Source: Actinomycetota bacterium
Lineage (GTDB): Bacteria > Actinomycetota > Geothermincolia > Geothermincolales > RBG-13-55-18
Assembly: GCA_003598015.1 (NCBI GenBank)
Contig: QZKE01000066.1
Span: 11,820 to 75,819 of the forward strand
DNA length: 64,000 bases
Direction: 5' to 3'
In this document: positions 51,298-60,757 of the stretch, in pieces
How the letters are laid out: every line of letters begins with the position of its first letter
How positions within the stretch are numbered: the first letter of the stretch is position 1
Notes under the pieces: generated by a model
The model's database searches: none
The model's input: the letters and a program-made list of their open reading frames with translations, nothing else
What the model was told of the DNA's origin: nothing
Made by a program: the position numbers and the translations under genes

Positions 51298-51888
51298 TCA
51301 ACGGATCTTGAACATCACCGCTTCCCCGCCGAAGGGCTGAAAGGTCAGAACAAGACCCTTCTCTCCCGTGGGTACTTCGTAAACAGCTGTAACGGAAGCT
51401 TCCTTGCCCGCATCGATCGGCTGCGCATTGTACAACCCCCCGTAGCCGTTGGTTACCACGAGACTGTACTGCTTGCCCTGGCCGTCCTCCAAGGTGAGAT
51501 CGACGGGTTTGACCCCGGTCGAGATATCGGAACCCGTGTTCTTATAGAGGAAGGTGATCATTAGAAATTCGTTGCCGGCAGAAGGTGCCTGCGAGCTGTT
51601 TGTGCTCTCGCCAGCTTCGCCGGTAAGTAGAAGGGCGTTTGCCTCAGGAGAAGCGAGATCATTGGTCACCGTGACTTTGGATACGGATACCTTGCCGTCT
51701 TCTACAGACGCGGTTTCCCCCACGTCCAGGACCTCTGCTTCCGTTTCTTTCTCGGTTTCCGTCACCTCGGTCTCCTCCGTCTGCTGCTCCGGCGTGGTGG
51801 TTTCGCTCTTCGAGCCACATCCGCTGATAGCCAGGAGAACCATCAGCAAGGATACGAGTAAGATGACCGCAAACAATCTCCTGTTCAT
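51298..51888 (-). CDS. DUF4352-like lipoprotein
   Basis: Lipobox ISG-C; Thr/Glu linker; FLMITFLYKNTG...LEDGQGKQY...VYEVP beta-sandwich pattern. Confidence 0.8.
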   Translation of the reverse strand: MNRRLFAVILLVSLLMVLLAISGCGSKSETTTPEQQTEETEVTETEKETEAEVLDVGETASVEDGKVSVSKVTVTNDLASPEANALLLTGEAGESTNSSQAPSAGNEFLMITFLYKNTGSDISTGVKPVDLTLEDGQGKQYSLVVTNGYGGLYNAQPIDAGKEASVTAVYEVPTGEKGLVLTFQPFGGEAVMFKIR

Positions 51889-52014
51889 GCCCGTCCTCCT
51901 TTCGAATAGACGACAGCAAAAGTGTACTCTTAGAATATGGCAATACTCATCGATGTATTCTCTTGGATCAGGGCTATTTCCTCCTTCCGATATCTTAACT
52001 GGCAGGGAACTTAC

Positions 52015-52104
52015 AACAGCCGTTCGAGAAAGAACTCAGAAGTTATGCAGTTGGACACGAGCGCACATGCGCTACCAGGAATAAAGGCCCTGCGAGGGGC
52101 CTTT
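52015..52104 (+). mobile_element. att-like junction 2: shared arm + tRNA-Glu 3' end + terminator
   Basis: catgcgctaccagga at 52066-52080 is identical to 50162-50176; followed by aaaggccc...gggccttt hairpin. Confidence 0.85.
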
Positions 52105-52391
52105 CTCCTTATCATTAAATGAGGAGAATCCCGTTTCTGGAACATAACGGTTTTCTATCCTATCGTAGTGGGAATGATTTGGGGATAGCGGTCCTTTTCG
52201 ACGTTATCTTTGTTGCGCTGTATGTCGCAATTTGTTCAAATCTGATCTACATGGTAATGTTACTATATAGTAATATTATTTACATAAAATCAATCTAGCC
52301 ACATGCAAATACATTCTGCTTGGATATGCTGAGAATGTTTGGGGCAAATATATCCTATATATAGGGGCACATCAGAAAAGGGGGAGCTGCC

Positions 52392-54236
52392 ATGATCGAA
52401 GATACTATTTTGCTTACCACTCCAACCTTTCCTTACCCGACATTACCTCCAAATGACTCGCTGACAGATGCTATGGGTCAGCGATTCACGCATGGGGACG
52501 ACCTGTTTACACTCAATTCGCATACGCATTGCTATGCAAACCATATTCTTGCGCAGAATGTAAACAAACCATGTATTCTTTTAGAATACCCCAGGTGGAA
52601 GGATTTTACAAAAGAGGTTGATAAACAATATGCCGTTATCGGTATAAGCGCCTTTCCTGTTCATCTGGACAACGTCATGAAGATGTGTGAGTACATAAGG
52701 GAGAAATCACCCGAAACCACTATCCTTCTTGGAAGTTATGCCGCTCAGGCTTTTGCCGCCAAATACGGTGAAGAACCGGAGTTGAAGTACGTGGATCATG
52801 TGGTATTGGGCGAAGGGGTCAGGTGGTTTCGAGACTTTCTGGGAGAAGGTGATCTTGATCGCCCCATTGAGCAGAAACTGATGCCAAAATGCGGAGGAGG
52901 GCCTATCTGCATAAGCAGGTATCCGGGAGGAAATATCGGATTCTTTGTATCAGGGCTGGGCTGCCCGGGCGGATGCGACTTCTGTTCAACAACCGTAATG
53001 TTCAACGGGAAGCGCATTGAGATGCTGACGTCACAGGAATTTGTTGAACACGTGCGCGCTTACTATGAACACTTTCCGCTTGTGAAGAACATATTCGTGA
53101 TCGAGGAGGACCACTTCAGGCACCACGATTACCTACACGCGATACGCGATTACTGGCAAGCCCACCCTGACATCATCGAGCGGCTTGACTGGTTCGCATT
53201 CGGCTCCATCGATAATATCGCTGAATTTGCGGACAAATACGGATGGGATTACATCTCCGAGATCGGCATCGGCTCGATATTCATCGGAGTGGAATCGAAA
53301 TTTGCCGGCGAGTATGGATACGACAAGCGCGAGAAGATGGACGCGCGCGAGGTTTTCAGTAAACTCCATGAACGTGGGATACGCACAGTAGGCGCATGGA
53401 TATGCGGCTGGGATTTCCACACCCATCAGAACATGCTTGAGGACCTCAATTATTTCGTGGCATGCTATCCCACCTATGAGCAGCTCACTCGCATGTCTCC
53501 CTTCCCGGGAACAGTCCTGTACGACAAGCTAAAGGAGGAAGGAAGAGTGCGGAATGTTCCCTGGGAGGATGTTCATTTCTGGAGCAGCGCACAGGTGAAC
53601 ACACATCTTGAAACCCATGAGACGCTGAACCTCACGGAATACGGCTATAAACTGCTCTACGAAACATGGGGGCCCTCTCTTCTGCGCAGGCTCGATGTGG
53701 TGCTCAATGGGTACGAGTACTGGATGAAGTCAGATAACAAGACAATGAGAGAGCATAAGACAAAGCTCTTCAGGCAGCAGGCTGCTCTTACCATGGTCAT
53801 CTCCTCAGCGATGTACCGTTTTGCTCCCAATGGCGTGGTCCGACGGAGGGTGGAAAAGATGAGGCAGAGATACAAAGAGGTAATCGGGGAACCCACGCCA
53901 AGCATGAAGATCGCCGATCGGTATGCGCATTTCGTGGCAAAGAGATGGAAGAAGAAGGATCTTTTTAATCCTTTTAACCAGTACCCGAAGGAGGAGCCCT
54001 TCAAGCGCTACATATATGATAAAAAGGACACAAATGGCGCAATGCCATACAGGACAGAATACCCTCATACCAAGGAGCTGAGAACACGCTTCCAAATGTT
54101 CAGGGAAGTTGCGAGATTCAAGGTACTCGCATTCATAGTATGGATGGTAAAGAACCTGCTGTTTTGGAAGAACGATCCTGAAATCGATGATTATCTCATC
54201 GAGGCCATAAGGTATAGAACCTTTTATGGTTTCTAG
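52392..54236 (+). CDS. B12-binding-type radical SAM protein
   Basis: GCPGGCDFC (CxxxCxxC); N-terminal VIGISA..ILLGSY..VLGEG region; IGVES; PFPGTVLY. Confidence 0.85.
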   Translation: MIEDTILLTTPTFPYPTLPPNDSLTDAMGQRFTHGDDLFTLNSHTHCYANHILAQNVNKPCILLEYPRWKDFTKEVDKQYAVIGISAFPVHLDNVMKMCEYIREKSPETTILLGSYAAQAFAAKYGEEPELKYVDHVVLGEGVRWFRDFLGEGDLDRPIEQKLMPKCGGGPICISRYPGGNIGFFVSGLGCPGGCDFCSTTVMFNGKRIEMLTSQEFVEHVRAYYEHFPLVKNIFVIEEDHFRHHDYLHAIRDYWQAHPDIIERLDWFAFGSIDNIAEFADKYGWDYISEIGIGSIFIGVESKFAGEYGYDKREKMDAREVFSKLHERGIRTVGAWICGWDFHTHQNMLEDLNYFVACYPTYEQLTRMSPFPGTVLYDKLKEEGRVRNVPWEDVHFWSSAQVNTHLETHETLNLTEYGYKLLYETWGPSLLRRLDVVLNGYEYWMKSDNKTMREHKTKLFRQQAALTMVISSAMYRFAPNGVVRRRVEKMRQRYKEVIGEPTPSMKIADRYAHFVAKRWKKKDLFNPFNQYPKEEPFKRYIYDKKDTNGAMPYRTEYPHTKELRTRFQMFREVARFKVLAFIVWMVKNLLFWKNDPEIDDYLIEAIRYRTFYGF

Positions 54237-54239
54237 CTT

Positions 54240-55352
54240 GTGCCATACGAGTGGGCGGTCAGAATCGTGAAAAACAATATAACCACTACAGCAGAGAATA
54301 CGCCTGTCCGTAATATACCGGATGATTATTATCCTCCAGGATGCGGTTTCTGGTATACATTACCCGAAGGACCGGATGCAGGTAAGAAGATGTTTTATCG
54401 TTACAGCACTCACGGCGAAGGCACTCCAGAAAACACCATGGTCTTTGTTCACGGCAATCCTGAGTCGTCATACATTTATAGAAATATCATCAAGGAAATC
54501 ATCGCGAGGGCCAACAAGCCTTTCGCTGTCCTTGCCATGGACCACATTGGATTTGGACTTTCGGATCAAGCGAGTTATCAGATGGAGTGCCTTAATCACG
54601 CTGACAACCTGCTGCTTTTAATAAGAGAATTAGACCTGGAGAACGTAACCTTAGTGGTGCATGATTGGGGCGGACCGACTGGCATAGGAGCATTTCTAAA
54701 AGAACCCGAGCGGGTATCGAATCTTGTGGTGACAAACAGCACGGTATTTCCCATGCCTGAGTCCGGACCCACCTATAAGAACTACCCGATAAGCTGGCTC
54801 GGATGGTCACAAGTACCGCTTATTATGCCCAGATGGTTTTGGGGCTCCTATTCCTCGTATGCTGTTTTTCGGACTCCTGCAAAGCCATTTACTCTGATCA
54901 CGCAATTATTGTTGTATCTGCTGAAGGCTGAGATCGGCATATTCTCAGGTACAGAAGATGAAAGGAACGCTAAACGGTTGTTTAGGGAACAATTCAAGTC
55001 TAAACCTAATGTATTATGCTCAAAGCGCTTTGTGCGGCAGTCAGGAGTCTGGGGCCATGGTAATACATTTAGAGAGCCCACTCTGGGATTGCAGGATACA
55101 TCGCCGTTCTATAGATTCATTCAAGAGAATATTGGAAGTATATGGGGCCCAAATGGACAGAATATCGGGGTCAGAGCAGTGCTGGGGCGATGGGATGCGC
55201 TTGGCAAGGACGAGGTAATAGAACAGTGGATAGACAATCTGCCGCAGCTTGAAGGACACGTAAAAGTGTTTGAAGGTGTAGGGCACTTTGTTGAAGAGGC
55301 CAGACCCAGGGAAATAGCCGACAGTATCATAGAAGTTGCTAAATTGCTTTAG
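54240..55352 (+). CDS. Alpha/beta hydrolase, haloalkane dehalogenase/OleB-like
   Basis: FVHGNP, DHIGFGLSD, VHDWGG (Asp nucleophile), VGHFVEE; start uncertain. Confidence 0.85.
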   Translation: MPYEWAVRIVKNNITTTAENTPVRNIPDDYYPPGCGFWYTLPEGPDAGKKMFYRYSTHGEGTPENTMVFVHGNPESSYIYRNIIKEIIARANKPFAVLAMDHIGFGLSDQASYQMECLNHADNLLLLIRELDLENVTLVVHDWGGPTGIGAFLKEPERVSNLVVTNSTVFPMPESGPTYKNYPISWLGWSQVPLIMPRWFWGSYSSYAVFRTPAKPFTLITQLLLYLLKAEIGIFSGTEDERNAKRLFREQFKSKPNVLCSKRFVRQSGVWGHGNTFREPTLGLQDTSPFYRFIQENIGSIWGPNGQNIGVRAVLGRWDALGKDEVIEQWIDNLPQLEGHVKVFEGVGHFVEEARPREIADSIIEVAKLL

Positions 55353-55355
55353 GAT

Positions 55356-55426
55356 GGGACCAGGTCTCGATAATCAAGTTTTCAGTAATGATATGTCAGA
55401 TTATGCGATATTCGAGACCTGACCCC
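55356..55426. repeat. REP-like inverted pair between convergent genes
   Basis: gggaccaggtctcga ... tcgagacctgacccc. Confidence 0.65.
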
Positions 55427-55432
55427 GTCCTA

Positions 55433-55849
55433 TTAGCTGGCGGGGAACGCTGCTTTGACCGTCTCGATGACCTGCTTGGCCAGGTTGCCCGCCTCCTCGG
55501 CTTCAATGGGATCGTCGTAGAATCGTGATGGGACTCCACCGGGAAGGCCGTTGGGATATCTCGTGGGAATATAGTATCCATCCAGTGATTTGGATCTCTT
55601 CACGCGGGAGAAAACGGGGTCTACTTTCTCGGCCGCTTCTACCAGCTCCGCCACTGAATGGGTCATGAAGACGTCGGGCTCCTCCAGCTTCAGGTAGAGG
55701 TAAGCTTTCAATGCCTTCTCCGCCGCTTGCTGAAAGTTGAACAGGGCGAGGTAAAACCGCTCCCGCTTGCGCAGATCTTCGGCATCTGCGAATTCGTCCA
55801 AGGCCTGCAGGAGCCAGCGCCCTGCCCCTTCTTCAGGAATCCTTTTCAA
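55433..55849 (-). CDS. HEPN domain protein
   Basis: WLLQA.D, FNFQQAAEKALKA, THSVAEL, YIPTRYP; TTG start overlaps the MNT gene. Confidence 0.88.
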   Translation of the reverse strand: MKRIPEEGAGRWLLQALDEFADAEDLRKRERFYLALFNFQQAAEKALKAYLYLKLEEPDVFMTHSVAELVEAAEKVDPVFSRVKRSKSLDGYYIPTRYPNGLPGGVPSRFYDDPIEAEEAGNLAKQVIETVKAAFPAS

Positions 55850-56195
55850 AGACCGACCTCCCACCCTCCAAGACATGCTGCAGGAATACATTGGCCTTGA
55901 CCTCTTCGGCCAGCTCGACGGTATTGAACACCAGGATATCCGAGGCTATAGCCCGGTCGATCTTCGAATAAATGAGGTGGGACCATTCTCTACCCGAGCG
56001 TTCCTGCGGCATTATCACCAGGATGTCCAGGTCGCTTCTGGAATGTATGGTACCATCTGCGAGAGAGCCGAACACCACGACCTTGACCGCCCCCATACTC
56101 TCCAGCTGCGGCAGCAGGCGTTCCAAGGAGGACTGCAGCAATTCCTTCCTCTCGGTTTTCTTGCGCTCGATCTTCTCTAAATCTAGCTTCGTCAT
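55833..56195 (-). CDS. Minimal nucleotidyltransferase (MNT)
   Basis: VFGSLADG...SDLDILV motif; directly upstream of HEPN. Confidence 0.9.
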   Translation of the reverse strand: MTKLDLEKIERKKTERKELLQSSLERLLPQLESMGAVKVVVFGSLADGTIHSRSDLDILVIMPQERSGREWSHLIYSKIDRAIASDILVFNTVELAEEVKANVFLQHVLEGGRSVFEKDS

Positions 56196-56544
56196 ATCTG
56201 ACCCCCATCTCTATTCCCAATATCTACAATACCACAAGAAAGATGCGGAGGGTTTCAGGCCCGGTCGTGCACCTGACATGTAGTAAGAGAGTGCGACGGC
56301 ACTCTGTATTAGCACTATTACTATCGTATAATCCACACTGTTCACCCGACAATATTAAGAGAATATATTTTATTCTTTATCTTCTATTCTGCATCTCCAT
56401 TTATTGCAGAACTTGATATATAGAGCGATATCTATTAACGCAATATGCTCCAGCAGCTCCCATAAACTTTGCGAGGAGCAGGATTCGCCGTATCGGAACG
56501 CCGCCTCCTCGCAGGTTATGGGTAGATTACGCCTTATAAGAGCC

Positions 56545-57612
56545 TTAGCACCATTTCTTCAGTTTGGTGAAACCTGGTACCACCAGATTCAGGAACCCCT
56601 GGAGCGGCGGGAGCGCGGATATGGGCACGAACGCTGCCTTCAACACGGGTTTCTTGATGGCATGTGGGGTAGCATCACTGAGCTTCTTTATAAAGAGAGC
56701 GTACTTTAGCATGGAAACAAGATCGTCAAACAGCTCCCTGGCCTTGGCCCTGTCATCCACGGCCAACGCAGCGATCCTCCCGGTGATCAGAGAGGAGACC
56801 ACCCCGAAACTAAATAGCGCATCGTTCACCCCCGCCAGGGTCCCGGCCAGGATCTTGTTATCGTAAAAGAGGTTCTGGTTGTTGAACGCGATGTTTCCCA
56901 CAGCACAATCGTGGGATCTGAAGTTACTAAACTCAATGCCTGTGCGTTCCAAAAGATGCCCCGTACGCCATGCCTCAAAGCCGCCCTCTTCTACAAGACC
57001 CTCGTGCTTGAAGTATAACGCCAGGGCGAGGCCGTTTGTGTTCCCGCAATAGCAGTAATCGTTGGTGTAACGGTCAAACCACGCGAGCGCCCGAGTCGGC
57101 CCATCATACCTTTTTACGGCAATTAGACAATTATACTTCCTGTATGGGATGCCGAAAAGTTTGAAAACCTCCTCGTTCAAACCTGAAGCTATGATGCTGT
57201 TCGGAGGTAGCTGAGAAAGGTCGGCCTTTGATCGCAGCTCCCAACCGAACTCGAACTTGACCCCTTCCTTCAGCGCTATCCCGTATAAATAATTCTCAAT
57301 CGACGTGGATCGCGCCCCCCTCTCCACGAGGTGACCACAAGCTCTCACCGGGTCGAACTCGAATTTTTTACCGTACATGAAAAATTCTATCTCCTCCATC
57401 GGCGTAACCTGCGGTGCCTTTAATTCGACACCGACAAATCTTCCCAAGATTTCGGGCTGCATGATTGTGCCGTCAACGCCGGGGTGAGCCACCGGTTCAC
57501 CTCCCACCCTCTCGTATCTCTCGAGGACCGTAACATCATGTCCGGACCGCGCGCAGTTTATCGCGGCTACAAGGCCGGAAAGGCCGGCTCCCACCACATT
57601 GATTTCCGCCAT
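56545..57612 (-). CDS. NAD(P)/FAD-dependent oxidoreductase
   Basis: INVVGAGLSGLVAA...VLER, LAGTLAG..D, SLITGRIAA; AGGAGGAG RBS. Confidence 0.8.
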   Translation of the reverse strand: MAEINVVGAGLSGLVAAINCARSGHDVTVLERYERVGGEPVAHPGVDGTIMQPEILGRFVGVELKAPQVTPMEEIEFFMYGKKFEFDPVRACGHLVERGARSTSIENYLYGIALKEGVKFEFGWELRSKADLSQLPPNSIIASGLNEEVFKLFGIPYRKYNCLIAVKRYDGPTRALAWFDRYTNDYCYCGNTNGLALALYFKHEGLVEEGGFEAWRTGHLLERTGIEFSNFRSHDCAVGNIAFNNQNLFYDNKILAGTLAGVNDALFSFGVVSSLITGRIAALAVDDRAKARELFDDLVSMLKYALFIKKLSDATPHAIKKPVLKAAFVPISALPPLQGFLNLVVPGFTKLKKWC

Positions 57613-57789
57613 TATCTCTCCTCCTTTCCGTTTACCGAGTCGTTTGCCAGACCATACCATTACTATCGCTTACCGCTAATGTATCTCATTTTCGTTGACA
57701 CGTTCCGCCCTGCCGACCTTTGCTTTAACACGATATGCACCTCGGCGGAGTGGACGTTGCCAGGCCTCAAGGTTGCCCCTTCACAATCG

Positions 57790-57945
57790 CCGTATTGATT
57801 GAAGCAGTTGGAAATGGCACATGACTCAACGGCACATTCCCCATACCACTTCTGTTTGTCTTCCACCGTCACAGGATAATGATTCTTGAAGGTCGCAAAG
57901 GGACGCGCATAGAATATTTCCCCCCGGGTCGGCGTTGGTCGGTAG
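57790..57945 (-). pseudogene. Internal fragment resembling alkylmercury lyase (MerB) family
   Basis: [38 protein letters not shown] resembles the MerB YPF...W..CA.D region; no start of its own. Confidence 0.45.
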
Positions 57946-57950
57946 AGTTC

Positions 57951-58258
57951 TGGCGGGTGGGAGCACACATGGCGGTGGTATGGAAACGGTTGTAGCGAAG
58001 CCCGTCGGAGGCGAGACGCTCGAACGTCGGCGTCCGGCACGGTCCTCCGAAAGCGCTGGAAGCGCCGAACCCGACGTCGTCGAGGAGTATTATGAGCACG
58101 TTCGGCGCGCCTTCGGGTGGGAGTAATGGTTCTATCGGCAGGAACGACGTCTCAGCGTCCTTGGCGTCATATGTTGTCAGTCCGACATGCTGCCTGTCGG
58201 GTACAGGAAGTACCTCCCGCATGATGCCGCCACGCTCCCTCGGTCCCTGTGATGACAT
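57951..58258 (-). pseudogene. Truncated arylsulfatase N-terminus
   Basis: [15 protein letters not shown]...[11 protein letters not shown] (CxPxR); similarity ends after about 103 aa. Confidence 0.85.
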
Positions 58259-58689
58259 CTCAACCCTCCTTGCCTTCTTCCTGGCAGTGCATGTCCATCA
58301 GTCCGCCTTTTGCCTTTCAAGATTCCGAATTAATCGACATTTCCCCATATGCACCACATGATGCCAATATCCTATCATCCAGCGGGCAGGTCAAGACATA
58401 TAGACACCGGTTATCTCTTTCCTCTCGAGGATTCTGCCGGACATGGCAGAAAAGACTTCCTCCAGGCCGATATTTGGAGAGGCTTGAGCGGTTACGGTAT
58501 GCTTAAGGGGAAGTTCAGAAATAAGTCGCTAAGCGTCCAGGATACTGCCAGCAGGATTGCAATGTTGCAGCAATCGTACCTTCGCACTTCTCACCGGCTA
58601 AGCCGTTTGTACCCTGCGGCCCCTCCTTTTTTCCTGGATTGCAGCAACATCGGCATCCCCGCCCGGGCGAGCCCCTCCCTGGAACATAA

Positions 58690-59142
58690 TCAACCCTTTT
58701 CCTTCTTTTTCCTGTCGCGCTCTTCAGCGGCTGCAGTAAACATGCCAGCCGCGATGCCCATTATCTCTTCAAGGTCAGAGTAGTTGACTTCTTCGCCGTC
58801 AATAGTCAGCGGCTTGCGGGGGATCTCCCCAGCCGGCGAGAAATCATCTTCCGAAGCGATTATCCCGAATTTACGCACTATGGTGTCTTCAACTATCTCA
58901 TCCAGCGGATTGGCCAGTCTTTCTGCGATGTCGATGTGCAGCGCAGACGGCAGTTGTGAGATATCGTCGAGTTCCATGATCCCGATGGAGATTATCTCAC
59001 GCGGATTGTGGAGGTTTACCACCGTGAGCATCCTCGTCGGGACCCCGAAACCATGCGTATGATACCAGGCCTCGCGATAATCATCAAATGATTTTCCATC
59101 ACGGAGCGTCCGCGTGATGATCGCCACACCTTTCACTTTCAT
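58690..59142 (-). CDS. Hypothetical protein
   Basis: AGGAGG RBS before ATG 59142; 150-aa ORF. Confidence 0.65.
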   Translation of the reverse strand: MKVKGVAIITRTLRDGKSFDDYREAWYHTHGFGVPTRMLTVVNLHNPREIISIGIMELDDISQLPSALHIDIAERLANPLDEIVEDTIVRKFGIIASEDDFSPAGEIPRKPLTIDGEEVNYSDLEEIMGIAAGMFTAAAEERDRKKKEKG

Positions 59143-59241
59143 CGCCTGCCTCCTTCCTCGATCAGCCTCGCCAATATTGTATCGGTAGTTGCTGCTGGAA
59201 TTCAGAGGCCATGCTTTAAGCGCCGGCCCGGCATTGGGAAA

Positions 59242-59332
59242 AACAGCCGTTCGAAAAAGTCCTCCGGAGTTTTGCAGCTGGTCACGAGCCCGCATACGCC
59301 AGCAAGATCAAGGGCTCCTGGCGGGGCCTTTT
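59242..59332 (+). mobile_element. att-like junction 3 (degenerate): arm + tRNA-Glu 3' end + terminator
   Basis: Hand alignment: arm 40/48 identical to 52015-52062; 59289-59332 36/44 identical to 50158-50201, ungapped. Confidence 0.8.
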
Positions 59333-59395
59333 CGCCATGAAGCCCCGAAATGCGAGTCTATGCGCACCTTCAAAGGTCAGCGGGCTTTGCCGCCC

Positions 59396-60448
59396 TCAAT
59401 CCCGTCTTATCTCGACGTTGAGAGTGCCATTCTCGCCCTTGTCGTATTGGCAACTGGACCCGCTTCCGCTATTCAGTTCGAAGAATCCCTGCAATATACC
59501 GGCAACCAGCAAGGGAGGGCTGGCATTGTTGACCGTTGCCTCCAGGGAGTCCTCCCGCAGGACGACCTGTACCAGGTTTCCCATGCCCCTCAGGGCGAAA
59601 TGGCGGTGGAGATACTCCTCCAGTTTCCCTATCTCACCCCTGTCGAAGGCCGAGGTAATATAGCGGCGCTGTGCCTCCAATATGGTACGCGGGATTTCTT
59701 CCCCCAACTCGTTTTCCAGTTCCCGAAAAACGGAATCGATGTCCGTGGGACCCACCAGGGCCATGCACCTGGAGGTGGCGGGATCGGCGATGGTCCCCAT
59801 GCCCTGATCCCACTCGTATTCCGCGAGCACAACCGGCAGGCTGCAAACCTGGCACCTCTCCAGTCTCGTGTTTCCGGGCTGGCGCGGCGGCGCTTTGCCC
59901 TGCAGGCGGGCCACCAGCTCCTCCTGGACTTCGCTGTTGGGGCTGGCGGTGAAGATGTAACCGCCGTCTTTTTCCTCGCATTTTACTATGGCGGGGAGGC
60001 CTTCCATGAAGTTAAAGATACCGGCAAGATCCCCGCTATAAAGAGGCACGGAGTAGACGTTGCGGCCGTATATCTTGATGTATTCACTCTTGGCGTAATC
60101 GGCCAGCTCCAAGCGGCCCAGGCCGAGCAGGGCACCCATGTCGGTGCTGATCTTGAAAAACTGACGGCGCATCAGGGTGCGGATCAATGCACCCTTAAGG
60201 CCGGAGAAAGCCTGATGGAAATAATCATAGGCCCCCTTGCGCTTTCCCTCGATGATGATATGGTCGATAGGGACCTTGACCAGTTCCTGTATATTGCGGA
60301 AGAGCATATCAATACCTTCCGACTCGCAGAAAATCACCCTTTGGTCGGGATTTCTGGTCATGACCACGGTACCGTTACTCTCCCACCGGACTTCCTTGCA
60401 GAACCTGGTCGGAATCCCGCAACCCGAACACGACTTTGCCTTCGGCAT
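59396..60448 (-). CDS. Hypothetical protein with CxxC pairs and possible V4R-like repeats
   Basis: AGGGGG RBS; CSGCG and CQVC; two similar halves (LGLGRL / RGMGNL). Confidence 0.65.
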   Translation of the reverse strand: MPKAKSCSGCGIPTRFCKEVRWESNGTVVMTRNPDQRVIFCESEGIDMLFRNIQELVKVPIDHIIIEGKRKGAYDYFHQAFSGLKGALIRTLMRRQFFKISTDMGALLGLGRLELADYAKSEYIKIYGRNVYSVPLYSGDLAGIFNFMEGLPAIVKCEEKDGGYIFTASPNSEVQEELVARLQGKAPPRQPGNTRLERCQVCSLPVVLAEYEWDQGMGTIADPATSRCMALVGPTDIDSVFRELENELGEEIPRTILEAQRRYITSAFDRGEIGKLEEYLHRHFALRGMGNLVQVVLREDSLEATVNNASPPLLVAGILQGFFELNSGSGSSCQYDKGENGTLNVEIRRD

Positions 60449-60757
60449 GAAGCACCCCCTTGACATAAAAAGCGATGTCGACAGCCGCGAAGATAAGATA
60501 TCATAGCCCCAGACGGTTCTTAATACCTTATCGTCAGGAATGAAATATGCCTTTATAGCGGAACTTTTTCGATCTCGTCGAAGGCCGTGCCGGACCAGGC
60601 AGCCGTTACCCGGGGCAGGCAATGCTCGCCCCGAGCATACCGCGGAAGGTGCCACCCGGGCGTTCCCTGCGGGAAGAGCCGCGTTCACCTACGTTCGCCG
60701 TATGTCTTGTGTGGGTCAGCCTGTCGAATATCGAATATCCAGGAATAATATGGCACT

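Noticed and set aside
52060-52080. Additional tRNA gene
   Set aside because: Only the 3' 15 nt match; there is no D arm or anticodon arm.
50174-59332. Prophage or intact ICE at tRNA-Glu
   Set aside because: No integrase, structural, replication or conjugation genes are recognisable; only att-like junctions and cargo.
60540-60750. Fourth att-like junction or riboswitch
   Set aside because: Only an 8-nt match (cagccgtt) to the arm, no tRNA-end core, and no riboswitch consensus I recognise.
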